Notes: generated by a model not told the origin, from the sequence alone. Numbered from the stretch's first letter, positions 43,142 to 55,615 are shown. The stretch is 64,000 nucleotides of DNA from Histomonas meleagridis 2922-C6/04-290x (GCA_020184695.1 JAANOX010000205.1:248001-312000); one strand, 5' to 3'. Numbers and translations are program-made.

Positions 43142-44266
43142 ATGTGCGCCAACCAACAACAATATGCTTATAATTTATGCAAAGATATCCCAGAACTAAA
43201 TACCCCAGAAAGGATTTATGAAGAATGGGAAAAGGTTGGATTTGAAAAAGAAGCAAAGCCCTTTAATATGGAAAATGCATTTAAAAATGATCCAACTATG
43301 GTTAACGATTTTGGATCACTACAAAACTTCATTTTAGGGAAAATTTATAACTTAAAGATGCAACTCCAGTCCCCATCAACTGATCCAAAATATATTTATA
43401 ATGAAATTCAAAATACAATAGAAGTTGTTTTCAGTTTGATTATGTTTTATCGAAAAGCCGAACATCAAAAACCAGTTAAAGATTACTCTTCAAGGAATCC
43501 ATCACAGTTTAAATTACTTTATGATGGTCTCAATAAAAATGGATCCGATGTTCTCATTTCATTACAACAATTCAAAGTTCATTCTTGTGTTCTTGCTGAT
43601 CCTGGTTCCCCCAAGCCACAATATTGGGGTAATCTCTTAACATATTTATGTGATAATGTATTTAATTCTGTCCAAAATTTCCTTAACAGTCTTTATAATT
43701 TTTGTATAAATGTAACATCTTTCCAACAACTTAATAGTTCAATAATTGGGCCAAGTGAACCATCTAAACCAAGCGCACCCGTTTCAAATCCATATCAACC
43801 ACAAACATATTTCCAGAACATATCATATCCAAGCTTTGCAGGCAATCCATATGACTACGACTCTTTTCCTTCTGCGCCTGGATCGAATCAAAATCAACAA
43901 ACCGATGAAATAACCGCTCTAACCGCCTTCACAAACAGAATTGATCAATTAGAATCAAATGCAAGTCCGAATTTTTTATCTGATAATCAGCGCATGGAAT
44001 GTATTGCAATTGCGTCAGAGTTCCAAAATCTTAGGCCTAAATTTGAAAAAATTTATCGCGATTTTATGAATACACCAGAAAATTTAAAAATGCAAATATT
44101 TCAATATCAAAATAACCATTACAGCCTTATATCAAAGAATGTTAATGATAACTTTGCGGCTGTGCTGGAAGGAAATTTAAGCAATGAACAAATGCTAAGC
44201 AGTATTCAATATTGCAATAGGAAAATTAAAGAAATTGTTAATTGTTATGATGCAATATGTCGATAA
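43142..44266 (+). CDS. Hypothetical protein
   Basis: 374-aa ORF with ATG start, helical with a Pro/Gln-rich linker; no family recognised. Confidence 0.7.
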   Translation: MCANQQQYAYNLCKDIPELNTPERIYEEWEKVGFEKEAKPFNMENAFKNDPTMVNDFGSLQNFILGKIYNLKMQLQSPSTDPKYIYNEIQNTIEVVFSLIMFYRKAEHQKPVKDYSSRNPSQFKLLYDGLNKNGSDVLISLQQFKVHSCVLADPGSPKPQYWGNLLTYLCDNVFNSVQNFLNSLYNFCINVTSFQQLNSSIIGPSEPSKPSAPVSNPYQPQTYFQNISYPSFAGNPYDYDSFPSAPGSNQNQQTDEITALTAFTNRIDQLESNASPNFLSDNQRMECIAIASEFQNLRPKFEKIYRDFMNTPENLKMQIFQYQNNHYSLISKNVNDNFAAVLEGNLSNEQMLSSIQYCNRKIKEIVNCYDAICR

Positions 44267-44419
44267 ATCGGTTTTAGTAAAGGATTTAAAAGTTTGATTT
44301 CTTGTGGTTGTGTAAACATAAATAAACAATTTTCTATTGCAAAAGGGAATCATTTCTTGTTGATAAATTTTTGATAAAATTCACATAGGTGTTAAAATTT
44401 TGAATGTTGTAACACTGAA

Positions 44420-44900
44420 ATGGTGGAAATAAATATTATAATGGTGGGTTGTGGTGGTGTAGGCAAATCTGCAATAATAAAGCATCTAGTATATGACTAC
44501 GTTTTGACAATAGAGGATCGTTATAAACGTCCGTCAGGTGATGTCATAAATCTGATGATGATAACAAACGTGTTATTTACTTCAAGAAGGAAAGAACCTG
44601 CAGCAAAATATTTTGCTTGGTATGTTCGAACATTATCATCACTGAAGCATTTCCTGCTATGGTCAGGATGCTTATTGAAACTGCCTAGGCAATTCATCTA
44701 AACTACGGAAACAGTGGAAAGAAGTAATTGCATTGTGTCTTAGAAATTAAAATCTTTTGAGAACACCAAGAGAAATGTTCTTCAATACAATTCTGCCAAG
44801 TAATTCAAAAATTGAATACAAAATAATCGTTTATCATTCAATTACTAGTCAATTTATCCATCGGCTAGACACTTCACATTAGGAGGACGACATTAAAGGA
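44420..44900 (+). pseudogene. Ras-family GTPase remnant
   Basis: MVEINIIMVGCGGVGKSA..YVLTIEDRYKR (G1/G2 boxes); downstream EAFPAMVRMLIETA* in another frame; G3-G5 degraded. Confidence 0.6.
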
Positions 44901-45281
44901 GAATTAAAGATGTTTGTGATCAATTTGATGTAATAAATGTACAAATTAGCAACTTGTATACAAGATAAAAATAAATTATTGGTTTTGAAGTACGTTTATT
45001 GGTGATGTCTTGAGAATATTTTGCAAGAAAAACAAATCGTGAAATCAATATCACTTTTTTATGACACCCGGTGACAAATTTATTTGAATGGGGGTATTTC
45101 GTTTGGATAATTCAAAAAGTCGTAGTAAAGTATTCATATTTGAATTTGTTGATAATTTTGAATGCTCACAGTTTCACTTCACAAGGTTGTTGAAACTTAC
45201 ACAAAAAAGAATAAACTTTTCATATGACATGACTTAACATGAGAAAAAGTTGAAGCAACCGCAAAAAAACAACCCATCTTC

Positions 45282-48200
45282 ATGGAAACTCTTAACGAAG
45301 AAACAACAGAAAAATTTGTTTTCATGCTACCTCATTTGCTTGAAGTGGGCCTCTTTGAAGATGATGGCCAAAATTATGCGTTAGTTTCTTATCCTCGAGA
45401 AGTTATTTCTCAATCAGCAAAAATCATTGTAGGTGATTATGCAAAAAGGCTAAGCACAATCAGTCTTAGTAACAAAAAGCGGGTCAAATGCCTAATAGAA
45501 AATTTAGCTGTTGCATTATCTTTACCAATTGACCAAAACCAATACATGTTTACTGCGCAAACAATATTCAGGAGGTGGTTTGAAGACTCCCAAATATTTG
45601 GTGATTTAGCTCGACAAAACAAATTTTTACGAAGATTATTTAAAATCATTTCTCTACCATTTGCAATGAGACAACCGAATAATCCAGAAATTTTCAAAAC
45701 AAAATTTTATAAATTGCTTAGTGACATACTTGATGATTTCAAATTTGTTCATACAAAAAGAGGAAACATATTTGAGAAAGATACATGGTATACACTTCTC
45801 AAAGTTCTCATTGGAATTTGTGATATAGTCATAGACTTCAACTTTGAAAACTTGTTACCAGTTAGTGATGCATCGAAATTACGGCAAAAAGCAGTTAGTA
45901 ATTGTTTATCTGTTATTTTATTATCAGGCTTATCCGACAAGAATGTATGGGAACAGTTAACAAAATTCTGCAACAAGTGGTGTAAATGTATTGATTTTCT
46001 TAAAGTTTGGGGACATCATATTGAAACGTTATTTACAATTCTTAACATGAGGATATTCCATGAAGAAATAAACACAGAACTATTTGTTGAAGGGATTTAT
46101 TCTGCCGAGAACAAAATAAGTGACGAAATGATCAAATTTATTTTTATTCATTTCCTTCACTTCGCCGATGCAAAAATGACGCTAAACGGCTCCGACACTT
46201 TACGAGAATTTTCACAGACAATGTTAAAAATTACAAACAATGCATTGGGGTTTGCTTTTGGGAATGCACTTTTTGAAGCAAAATATCCCTCTGAATCTTT
46301 TCTGAAGTTATTTGGTCAATATCTTACATTTGTACCTATAAATGCAAAAGCTGATGATGAAGCTGTTTCAATTCTAGTTGAAGCAATACTCATCATCATT
46401 TCCAGATTTAATATCGACCATGATAGTAATACAGCTTTAAAAATGATTGCATATGCATCTCAAAAAGCAGTTCCTTCAAGTATGCCAGTTGTTGCATCAT
46501 ATCTCAAGAACTCAGCTCAACTTTACAGATATGATAGTAAGGCACTTCCATATGTTTCTATGCGAGCATTAGATCTTCTTCCACAATTAGATACTACAAG
46601 ATCAGCTCGAATGGTTATTGGAGAAACATTTTTAAACTCTCTTGCGTCACTCTTTATATCATCAGCAGAGACCCTTAAGAAATATCCAGATTATCATACA
46701 AATACAATAAATTCTTTTGAAACGATCTGGGGCACCACAGCACTAATGCCCATTCGTTATCAACTTTTATGTTCATCATATTCATTAAATATTCCTGTTA
46801 TCGACAAATTATTATATATATTTAGTGATGTTGCATTATGCCAAATGACGCAAGATTCCACCAGTATTCCATTTCTCTCCTCCTGTATAATGTTTTTAGG
46901 CACATTAATTCGATTTAATCCTTCAATATCGAATGAATTAATTGAAAAACATTTATTTATGAATATCTTAAAATCAGTGCCAACAATTGATTATAAACAT
47001 TTAGATGAATATGATTATATCATTACTTCCGTCCTTCAACTTATTGTTAATTGCTTAAATTCGAGTCCAAACATTATGCAACATCGCGAAAACATAAATT
47101 CATTATTTGAATTTCTGCATATTATCAATGAACAAATCAACAAACAAAAGCGTAATTCCACCACATGGATTGATAAACATTTAAACATTATCATTCCATT
47201 ATATGATCAAATCATTGAAACGATTCCATTTATCTTTCCTAACAAAGATTATTTCTCTCGCGTATATAATTCATGTTTAAATATCAATGAAGAATATATC
47301 ATTCATAAATATCAAATCCAAAATCCATTAATAACATATTTTATGATTGGCCGTCGATCATTAGCATCATTTATTGAATCGAAAGATCATAATAGTCCAA
47401 TGATATTATTAATTCGACGTTCATCTGGTAAAATTATATATCGAGTTAAAGATGATTATTTAGGCCACTTAAATATTGCTCAATTATCAACTGAACTTAA
47501 TCCAATACAATTACCAGAGCTTGATAAAACATTACCGGAAATTCCAGAAGATCAATTATTCACTATTGATCTTATTGATGAATTACCAATACATCGTTAT
47601 GATGATGACCTTATAAAGATATATGAGCCCGAATTTAATTCGTGGTTAAATTGGGATAAATATGGAATGTATTCATCATATAAACCAATAAAACCACATC
47701 GGCCACAAGTCTTTGACTTTATAACTACTTTGAACATCTTTAATAATATTAATATCATTGAAAACAATTCGTTTTTAAAACAAACATTAAAAGAAGTCGA
47801 CGAAGTTGATAAAATTAATTTGATACCGATAGTGATAACAACATTCTTCTCGAATGATAAAGGTGTTGAACCATGTAAGTTACAAAACGAGAAAGAAATT
47901 ACATCGAAAAGAATGACATTAAATTTATCAAAATTTTTGAAAAGTTTTGGTGAATGTTTAAGCATAAAAGATAATGAATCTGATATATTACCACCATTAA
48001 ACACATCTGTACCTATGATACCTTCTTTGAACTCAGTCATAATATTATTAACGCCTTCAATGTCGAAAAATGAAAATGACGCAAAGAAAATTTATAAAAT
48101 TGGCGAAAAATCGCCAATAAAAATAATATTTAATGAGTCTGGTTTCGACTTAAAGAAATTGTTGCCGAAAAAGAAAGTTAAACAATTGCTACTAGTAATT

Positions 48201-48467
48201 AAACCAATGAAAAGCGGCCTGTACCACATTACGAAGATGTCGGAGCCAAGATGGCTCTTCTCGCCTTTCGCTGACGAGCAAACAATGAGCGTGGAGGCAT
48301 TGGAGTTCTACTTGGCAATTTGCTTGGAGCAGTACGTGAGAGAAGACCCCACAAAGACATTCGGTAACGCGTCACTAAGAAGAAGAGAATTATTAAGCGA
48401 CTTGTTGAAAGACGAGAACAAAGTAAACGCATTTTTCGGTGCAATAGCGAAAGAATCAAATGAATAA
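45282..48467 (+). CDS. Ral GTPase-activating protein beta subunit-like
   Basis: N-terminal LVSYPREV..AVALSLP..W..F..R..TWYTLLKVLIGICD resembles RALGAPB; degenerate Rap-GAP-like C-terminus. Confidence 0.6.
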   Translation: METLNEETTEKFVFMLPHLLEVGLFEDDGQNYALVSYPREVISQSAKIIVGDYAKRLSTISLSNKKRVKCLIENLAVALSLPIDQNQYMFTAQTIFRRWFEDSQIFGDLARQNKFLRRLFKIISLPFAMRQPNNPEIFKTKFYKLLSDILDDFKFVHTKRGNIFEKDTWYTLLKVLIGICDIVIDFNFENLLPVSDASKLRQKAVSNCLSVILLSGLSDKNVWEQLTKFCNKWCKCIDFLKVWGHHIETLFTILNMRIFHEEINTELFVEGIYSAENKISDEMIKFIFIHFLHFADAKMTLNGSDTLREFSQTMLKITNNALGFAFGNALFEAKYPSESFLKLFGQYLTFVPINAKADDEAVSILVEAILIIISRFNIDHDSNTALKMIAYASQKAVPSSMPVVASYLKNSAQLYRYDSKALPYVSMRALDLLPQLDTTRSARMVIGETFLNSLASLFISSAETLKKYPDYHTNTINSFETIWGTTALMPIRYQLLCSSYSLNIPVIDKLLYIFSDVALCQMTQDSTSIPFLSSCIMFLGTLIRFNPSISNELIEKHLFMNILKSVPTIDYKHLDEYDYIITSVLQLIVNCLNSSPNIMQHRENINSLFEFLHIINEQINKQKRNSTTWIDKHLNIIIPLYDQIIETIPFIFPNKDYFSRVYNSCLNINEEYIIHKYQIQNPLITYFMIGRRSLASFIESKDHNSPMILLIRRSSGKIIYRVKDDYLGHLNIAQLSTELNPIQLPELDKTLPEIPEDQLFTIDLIDELPIHRYDDDLIKIYEPEFNSWLNWDKYGMYSSYKPIKPHRPQVFDFITTLNIFNNINIIENNSFLKQTLKEVDEVDKINLIPIVITTFFSNDKGVEPCKLQNEKEITSKRMTLNLSKFLKSFGECLSIKDNESDILPPLNTSVPMIPSLNSVIILLTPSMSKNENDAKKIYKIGEKSPIKIIFNESGFDLKKLLPKKKVKQLLLVIKPMKSGLYHITKMSEPRWLFSPFADEQTMSVEALEFYLAICLEQYVREDPTKTFGNASLRRRELLSDLLKDENKVNAFFGAIAKESNE

Positions 48468-48768
48468 AAAGTTATTTTTTTTTGATGAAATAAATTTTTA
48501 TCGAAGAATTTAAATAAGGAAACATAAATGAATTAGTGTGAAGAATATTTAGCAAATTATAACATTTTAAAGCGACAGAAAACATTTTTTAAATTCCAAA
48601 ACGTATTGCAAATCGAAAGTTTTTTTTTGTTAGGTGAAGATTGGGTTTGCATTGAAATTTGGTGTCAGTTCAAATTGAATACAATTTTTGGGAGTACCTG
48701 AAATAACGTTACTTTGAAATATTTGACAACATGTGTTAAAAAAATCACAGAGGTAATCATTGGATTTT

Positions 48769-50250
48769 ATGAACCACTCACATAAATCTATACAAGAATT
48801 TATTCGTTCATCACCATCAGAAGATTTCAAACTTTTAAACCCTCCAATCCAACTTGGCGTACAAGTATGTAGAAGATCTTGTATTAAAAGACCAAAAACA
48901 GTTCCTGATTTTACTTCAGGAAATTTTCATTTCGTATATAAAAATTGCGCCCTGATTGAAAAGATGGAAAATTCAGCAAAATATCTTGCTGAATTAGATG
49001 ATGTAATTTTTAGTCATATATTTTTCACAGAAACAGGACCCCAATGGGATTTGGTTTTTTGTGCAATAGCTCATTTATCAGATGATTATGTCTGCCCAAT
49101 TTGTCTTTTTAAACCATGTGTTCCAATTTTAACAAGATGTGGTCATATTTTCTGTTTGGATTGTATGAAAAAATTATTTAAATCCAGTGAAAAACACTTA
49201 TGCCCAGTATGTTACGAATCAATGATAGAATCAGAAATTGTTCGTGCAAAATTAATATATCATCCAGATAAAAATGAATCAATTACATTTACAAAAGTCA
49301 AAAGAAAATTGCCTTTCAACGTATGTACACCATGGAATGTTCCACAAGATCGACTTTTACCTTCGTCTGATCCCTGTTCAATATTTACACATTTCTCGAT
49401 AGCTGACGATAAGTTTATCGAGGACGTATATTCGTCAGAGCTTAAAGAAATTGAAGAACAAATTAAAATATATAGTGAATATGATGAAACTGATAGAATT
49501 GAAATTCTTACAAAACTTAAATCTTCACTTCATATTTCTCCGTCTGGCCATAAAACAGCGTTTGCACTTACTCAAGATACACCAGAAGATAAATACGTTT
49601 ACTTTTATCAAGCTGCTGACGGCCGTTTACTATTCCCTGATGACCTAACCGAAAAAATGCTTTTAAAAAGTTTTGGCTCTATTCAATCTGCTCCGAACTC
49701 ATTTACTGCTCCAATCTTAACTCGAGTTACAAAAACGATTGATGGAACAGAGAAAAATAATATTTTCGCTCATTTACCTCATGGTGCTGAAGTACAATTA
49801 GCACTTCTTGACTTAAATGGAATTGTATCTCCAGAAGTCATCAAGAGATATCACCATTTAATATGTAGTAGAGTTGCTCCAAAGTCACCGAAACCAAAGA
49901 AACAAACTCATGTAATAACAAAAGATGATTATCAAACATTTATCCCACTGCCACAAGAGCCACAAGTCGATCTGCAAAGCGAAAAAGAATTCCCTAAGTT
50001 CGAAGGTATAAGTAATCAGCTGAAGCCAAAAAATAACAATGTCGCCAAATATGATTTGAAAGATGAATTTCCGGCGATCGGACAGCCTAAGCCAAAGAAA
50101 CCAATAAACACGTCAAGTTACAGTAAATTGAAATTTAATACAACAGACGAAGGAAATTTAGATCTCAAATCAAACTATCCGACATTAAAGAGCACAGGAA
50201 ATACAGCTGTAAAAAAGAAGCAAAGCGCATGGTCAAACTTGAAATTGTAA
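48769..50250 (+). CDS. RING finger E3 ligase, RNF10/Mag2-like
   Basis: C3HC4 RING CPICL..TRCGHIFCLDC..CPVC and YFYQAADGR motif; first ATG at 48769. Confidence 0.75.
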   Translation: MNHSHKSIQEFIRSSPSEDFKLLNPPIQLGVQVCRRSCIKRPKTVPDFTSGNFHFVYKNCALIEKMENSAKYLAELDDVIFSHIFFTETGPQWDLVFCAIAHLSDDYVCPICLFKPCVPILTRCGHIFCLDCMKKLFKSSEKHLCPVCYESMIESEIVRAKLIYHPDKNESITFTKVKRKLPFNVCTPWNVPQDRLLPSSDPCSIFTHFSIADDKFIEDVYSSELKEIEEQIKIYSEYDETDRIEILTKLKSSLHISPSGHKTAFALTQDTPEDKYVYFYQAADGRLLFPDDLTEKMLLKSFGSIQSAPNSFTAPILTRVTKTIDGTEKNNIFAHLPHGAEVQLALLDLNGIVSPEVIKRYHHLICSRVAPKSPKPKKQTHVITKDDYQTFIPLPQEPQVDLQSEKEFPKFEGISNQLKPKNNNVAKYDLKDEFPAIGQPKPKKPINTSSYSKLKFNTTDEGNLDLKSNYPTLKSTGNTAVKKKQSAWSNLKL

Positions 50251-51225
50251 ACATTTGTATACAATTTTTTTTACGGAATACAAATTTTTCATCAGTAATA
50301 AAAAAGCTGGAAAGAAAGTTCTGTAGAAAGTTGCCAGAATGACCGATGTATCAAATGAAAAAAAATATTTCTGAAATTTGGGAATTATCAAAGTGCTATA
50401 ATTCTTAAAACCAATCTATTTTTTTATACAAGGATAATTTTCTTTGAACTGAAAGTATTTGGGGTATTAAATCGTTTGAGCATTTTCTTTTCTTGGAGAC
50501 ACTCGACTTTTTGATAAAACTCATAGAATTTTTTGAATAAACAGAGGAAAAGTTGAGACGTGTATTCAAAATAATGTCATTTACTATTCAAATAACATAA
50601 CGGAGGTCACTATAAACGATACGAAATGTCTATCGTGTTCACAACAAAATCTTTTAACATCACAATTCATGAATTCTCATTATGGTGAGAATCATAATGC
50701 TTATCAAATATGATATAAGGAATAAGAATGTAACATATCAAGTTGCGTAACTTTTGCTTGAAGGAATAGCCTTCTTTAGAACGAAAATGCCGACTTTGTT
50801 CGATATTTAATCTTTCTTTTGCATTGAATAGTTGACATTTTTTCTTTTGTTTACTCATCTCATTGAAAGTGTTTTCAATCCTTTTTTCAATGTTTTCAAC
50901 GAACAAACATGAATGAAATTGAATATAAAATCGTTAATCTGAACACGTCCTTAACATAAATTCAAAAAATTTCGATCGAAAATGTCATTTTTATCATTCG
51001 TACGTTTTTTTCAGTTTATATAACTTTTTCACTGTTATAACAGAGATATAGCTTCTATTTTTTTGATACATCGGAATGACTTTTTGAAAGATATAAACAC
51101 ATTACGCTAACAATTCAAGGCCTTGAACTTAACTCTATTTTTCAATTAATTTTTGAACTATTAAAGCGGTTTTTTATCTCGTTCTATTACTTTTTGAATG
51201 CCTCATACAAAAATTGACAATCCCA

Positions 51226-51894
51226 ATGAACCCGATGAACATGTTCTTCTGCCAACAACCATATCCAATGCCAACACCACCACCACCACAAAGGCAAAGA
51301 CATAAGAGAACTCTTGGACAAGAACCACCCCTGTCATTCCCCGGTGTGCCTATAAATTACAATGATAAAGAAATATCCGCTAAACATTTATATCCAATTG
51401 AAATAATCAAATATCTCAAGGATCCCCAGAATACAGACAAAACAATCCCTTCAAAGATTATAAAAAAGATCCCATGGTCTAAAGAAGAAGATGAAATGCT
51501 TACAGTTGCGGTTTATCAATTTGGCACAAAGAGGTGGAAAGATGTATCTAAGTTTGTACCACTAAGAGATACAGAACAATGCCGTGAAAGGTGGAATATG
51601 AAAACGCTTCCTGCGACTCGAACTGATCCTTTTGATAATTATGAAGACGCAATTATCCTAAAAATGTACAAAATGGTAGGTGGCCGTTGGAGTCTTATTG
51701 CAAAAAGTTTACCTGGTCGAACACCTGAAGCAATTAGGAATCGTTGGAAAACATATTTAAAACAATTTGCTCGTCATTCAAAGCCTTTCGATGCAATAAA
51801 TGGTTTCGGGTTAAATACAATACCCGACAATGTTTTGTTTAATCCAATGGCTAGAGCAAACCAAAATCCCCTGAATCAAACTCAATCTCAATGA
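51226..51894 (+). CDS. R2R3 Myb-like DNA-binding protein
   Basis: PWSKEEDEML..GTKRW..RDTEQCRERW / FDNYEDAII..GGRWSLIAKSLPGRTPEAIRNRW; first in-frame ATG at 51226. Confidence 0.9.
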   Translation: MNPMNMFFCQQPYPMPTPPPPQRQRHKRTLGQEPPLSFPGVPINYNDKEISAKHLYPIEIIKYLKDPQNTDKTIPSKIIKKIPWSKEEDEMLTVAVYQFGTKRWKDVSKFVPLRDTEQCRERWNMKTLPATRTDPFDNYEDAIILKMYKMVGGRWSLIAKSLPGRTPEAIRNRWKTYLKQFARHSKPFDAINGFGLNTIPDNVLFNPMARANQNPLNQTQSQ

Positions 51895-52210
51895 ACATGT
51901 CAAGCCAAACATTTTAATTAAAAATTAACAATGTATTTTTCTGAGGAAGTTCTTGTTGAGATTTTTTTGTTCAATCATTTACCATATCTTCATTAAAACG
52001 AATAAAATACCATTTAGCTTATTTATTTATACGAAAAGGTCATCCAAAGCTTTCGCTATGTTTTATCCAACATATCATTATCAATTATTTGGATTTTGGA
52101 TTGATTGAATTGTCAGACCATAAATGATGCAATTAGCCTAAAGTAGAAATCCCTGGGGCCAAAGAATGCGTTTATGAATGTATCTTTAATTCCAAAAAAT
52201 ATTTTTTTAT

Positions 52211-53617
52211 TCACTGGCTCATATCGAATATATTAGCGGCGTTTCCGTCTATTTTCACTGCTTTACACAACTTTTCCACTTTTTCTTTTTCGCAATTTTC
52301 CACCAAAACTTTTCTAGTTAGCGTAACGAACTCCTCCAAAATCTGCTTTTCATTTTCATCCAATTCGCCATCAGCCATTGTACAAAATGCGTCGATGACG
52401 AAGTCCATTTCTTCACCTTTCGGGAACATGCCTAACAATTCGAATGCGGCTTTTCGTACGCTATAAACGTGATCGCATCCCATTGCAATTACGAATTTCG
52501 CGAACTCGAACATGTACTGCTTATTATTTATAACCTCTTCTTTCTTAAGCAACTCTTTTGCTATTTGTATTGCGTTAAACCGCGTGCGCCAATTACCTTT
52601 TTCATTCATGCGCGGAAATATTAACTTGGTTAAAATGTTACTAATGTCTAATGACGCAATGTTTTCAATGGTGCTCTGCTTCAAGATTTCTTTAGATTCC
52701 TTAAGCATGAGCGATAAGAAGTCGTACGGAATGGAACTGAACTTTTTGAGATTGTCAAAATTGACACAGTTCAGTTCGCAGCCAACTGCGCCCGTGCCCT
52801 CGAGCTTCGGGAGGACCTCCTCGAAGTAGGGGGAAGCCAGCGCGACGGAGGCAGCGAGGGATGAGATGGAGTCAGTTTCAAGAAGGCGGATTAAGAGATC
52901 TTTGCTTATCATCTCGGGCGGAAGTTTACAGATGCGACTTAGAACGCTTGGGCTTTGCTCGTTAAGAAGATGTATGGCAAAACATTCTTCGTTGGCATCA
53001 ATTTTGTGGGTTTCAAGGGCATTAATGGCTGATATATGTGAGCTATCACTTGGGCAGAGAAAGGCATTAATGATGTATTTGCGAGCAAGATCGGGATGTA
53101 GAATGCTAAGAATCTCGGATATGTTGGATAAATCTGGAATGGAAAATGCTCGACATATAATTTCTTCAAATTGAGAATAATCATCACAAATTCGAGTGAG
53201 CCTGGCTAAACGCCAGAGTGCAAATTTGTTGGGAAATTCGGATAAGGTTTCTAACTGAGGTTTGATGAGTTCTGTGAATTCATATTGGATGTCTCCAAGT
53301 TCTTGGAGAAGCTTCTCAGCTAACGTAAGGAATTGCTGCTTAACATTTTCCTCTGCTGAAATACAAAGCTTTTCTCCAATCAAATAAATAACTTTGAATT
53401 TGTTTTCTTTTTTAAGGTGTGAAAGAATATCTGGTAAGGCTTCGATTAGTTTTGTGACCATTGAGCTGATTTGTCCTATTGACCTTAAGATTGTTTGAAG
53501 TTCTTGGCAAAAGTGATCAAATGTTAAACATTCTGCAATCATTGGAAGTTCTTCAACATATGTCATTCTGGCTAAAGGATCATCGAAAGATATAGATGTG
53601 AAACCGAAGCTTGCCAT
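52211..53617 (-). CDS. HEAT-repeat protein, PP2A-A/PP4R1 scaffold-like
   Basis: NWRTRFNAI and DHVYSVRKAA resemble PP2A-A KWRVRLAI / DHVYAIREAA. Confidence 0.6.
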   Translation of the reverse strand: MASFGFTSISFDDPLARMTYVEELPMIAECLTFDHFCQELQTILRSIGQISSMVTKLIEALPDILSHLKKENKFKVIYLIGEKLCISAEENVKQQFLTLAEKLLQELGDIQYEFTELIKPQLETLSEFPNKFALWRLARLTRICDDYSQFEEIICRAFSIPDLSNISEILSILHPDLARKYIINAFLCPSDSSHISAINALETHKIDANEECFAIHLLNEQSPSVLSRICKLPPEMISKDLLIRLLETDSISSLAASVALASPYFEEVLPKLEGTGAVGCELNCVNFDNLKKFSSIPYDFLSLMLKESKEILKQSTIENIASLDISNILTKLIFPRMNEKGNWRTRFNAIQIAKELLKKEEVINNKQYMFEFAKFVIAMGCDHVYSVRKAAFELLGMFPKGEEMDFVIDAFCTMADGELDENEKQILEEFVTLTRKVLVENCEKEKVEKLCKAVKIDGNAANIFDMSQ

Positions 53618-54049
53618 TTATTTTTGGAATTGTGGATTAGAGAATGACGGTTATTTGTCTTGAAAAGCGCATTTGTCACATTTGTATAAGTTATTGAAAA
53701 TACACTTAAAAATCCTCACTCCTGTAACAACATCGAATTTCAGAACAAAATTATTTTCGAAGCTAAAATCATATTACATTATCACATAACCTCGTAAATA
53801 ATGATTGCAATATTTTTGCTTTTCAAATTGTGATAAATAAATTTTTATAAATCTTTCAATAAATATAATTAAAGAATATATACTAACAGGAAACTTATCA
53901 AAAGGTGTATGCACTACTTGAAATAATTTTTTTTTTTGAATATTTTTTGGAGAGTTTTATATTTTTAGATCATTATGTTGACCGTTAATAAAACTCAGAA
54001 CAATTTTTTATGTCGCTTGATTTTGAGAGAATTTATTATTGCCATTAAA

Positions 54050-55360
54050 ATGAACAAGAAAAAGATCAAAGAAATAGAAATGATGAATGCAGAAGAATCT
54101 GATTCTTATGATGATTTAAGTTCCTTCTTGAACCAGGGGAAAAGTTCTAAAGATGCAATCCCAAATGAGTTTAGCATTGATAATTTATTAAGACAAAGAG
54201 AAATTGATAATTCTACAAATTTATCATCATCACTTTCTGAAGGAAATGATATGGAATCCGAAGATATCCCAGATACCGATTCTTCTTATGTTAACCTTTC
54301 ATCTTTACAACAACCTCGAGAAATTTTGTCAATAGATGCATCCATTTACGAAAAATTTGCAGGCAATGCAATTCCCGTATCGCAAATTTTGAATTTTGCC
54401 GGTTTCAAAAAAGAAGATTTCCAACTTCCATCACTCAAACAATTACTCGAATTTCAATTCAGTACAATTGAAACTCAACCGCTTCTTGTTGAATCCACTC
54501 CTATGTTATATTTCAGGTATTTATATACATTAATTCAAAATCAGACTTATGATTTTAACCCAGAATCCATTATAAATATTACTCACGAGCAAGCTGAACA
54601 CAGTATAAGCTACACTGTATGGAAGCAATTTTTGCTTCATACAATTTCAATCGATTCTGATTTAATGTATCCATTATTTTCCACATTTGACTTTAATATC
54701 TTTGATTATTCTGTTTATGAACAAAAAGGTGAATCGTTACATGATATCCTTATTATCTATATCTCTTTTCTCTTTTCTAATAAAGTTATTCATCATAAAT
54801 TATTTCCACTTGTTTTCAAAACGATTAAAAAACTTTTTACTGATCCACAAGCTCTCGAAGTCGTTGATGAAAACATAATTTCAAGTGTTTCTAACTACGT
54901 CTTGGAGCTCTTCAAGCAACTTCCTCCTGAAACCGTCGTTGGGTTCTCAATTTATTTTCCAATTGAAAAATTCGGGTGCCCCATTATCATTCAATCCAAC
55001 ATGAATATACTTTCATATTTAATGGATACTAATATCGCTGATTTTGACCAACTTGCAGAAAAATTATCAGTTATTAAGAATTTATGTGACACTTTACAAA
55101 AAGTTGATTTGATGAAAGCATCTGTGATTTTGACATTGACTGAAAAAACAATTATTGCATCAATGAAAATATCTCATGTGGACCATACAATAATTGAGAA
55201 AATGACACATTCGTTGAGGTTCATTCTCCAAAATTCTGATCCAGTAGAAATGACACAACTAAAAGAACAGATACACACAACGAGAGCGCAACTGGAATTG
55301 ATAGTGCAAAGCAACTTGACTTCGGCACAGAATTCCCAAATGTTCCATTCTGATGAATAA
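54050..55360 (+). CDS. Hypothetical protein (acidic N-terminus, helical C-terminus)
   Basis: Long ORF; ATG 54050 preferred over 53975 on composition. Confidence 0.65.
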   Translation: MNKKKIKEIEMMNAEESDSYDDLSSFLNQGKSSKDAIPNEFSIDNLLRQREIDNSTNLSSSLSEGNDMESEDIPDTDSSYVNLSSLQQPREILSIDASIYEKFAGNAIPVSQILNFAGFKKEDFQLPSLKQLLEFQFSTIETQPLLVESTPMLYFRYLYTLIQNQTYDFNPESIINITHEQAEHSISYTVWKQFLLHTISIDSDLMYPLFSTFDFNIFDYSVYEQKGESLHDILIIYISFLFSNKVIHHKLFPLVFKTIKKLFTDPQALEVVDENIISSVSNYVLELFKQLPPETVVGFSIYFPIEKFGCPIIIQSNMNILSYLMDTNIADFDQLAEKLSVIKNLCDTLQKVDLMKASVILTLTEKTIIASMKISHVDHTIIEKMTHSLRFILQNSDPVEMTQLKEQIHTTRAQLELIVQSNLTSAQNSQMFHSDE

Positions 55361-55615
55361 ATATAAATAGATTTTTTTAAATATAAATATTAACTATTTT
55401 AGTTCGATGTTTTTCTGATTTATAATAAAATATTTAGTTAATTTGCACATTTTGAAATTACTAATGTTTTGATCATTTCAATAAAATTTGATCTATATTA
55501 CTATTTATTCATTGGTATTTAACACTTAAATGTGAATGTTTTCTCTGTGAAGATTTTGGCGGGTTTTTAAATTTTCAAGATAATGTTCTCTAAAAGACGT
55601 TTAGAATAACACCAA

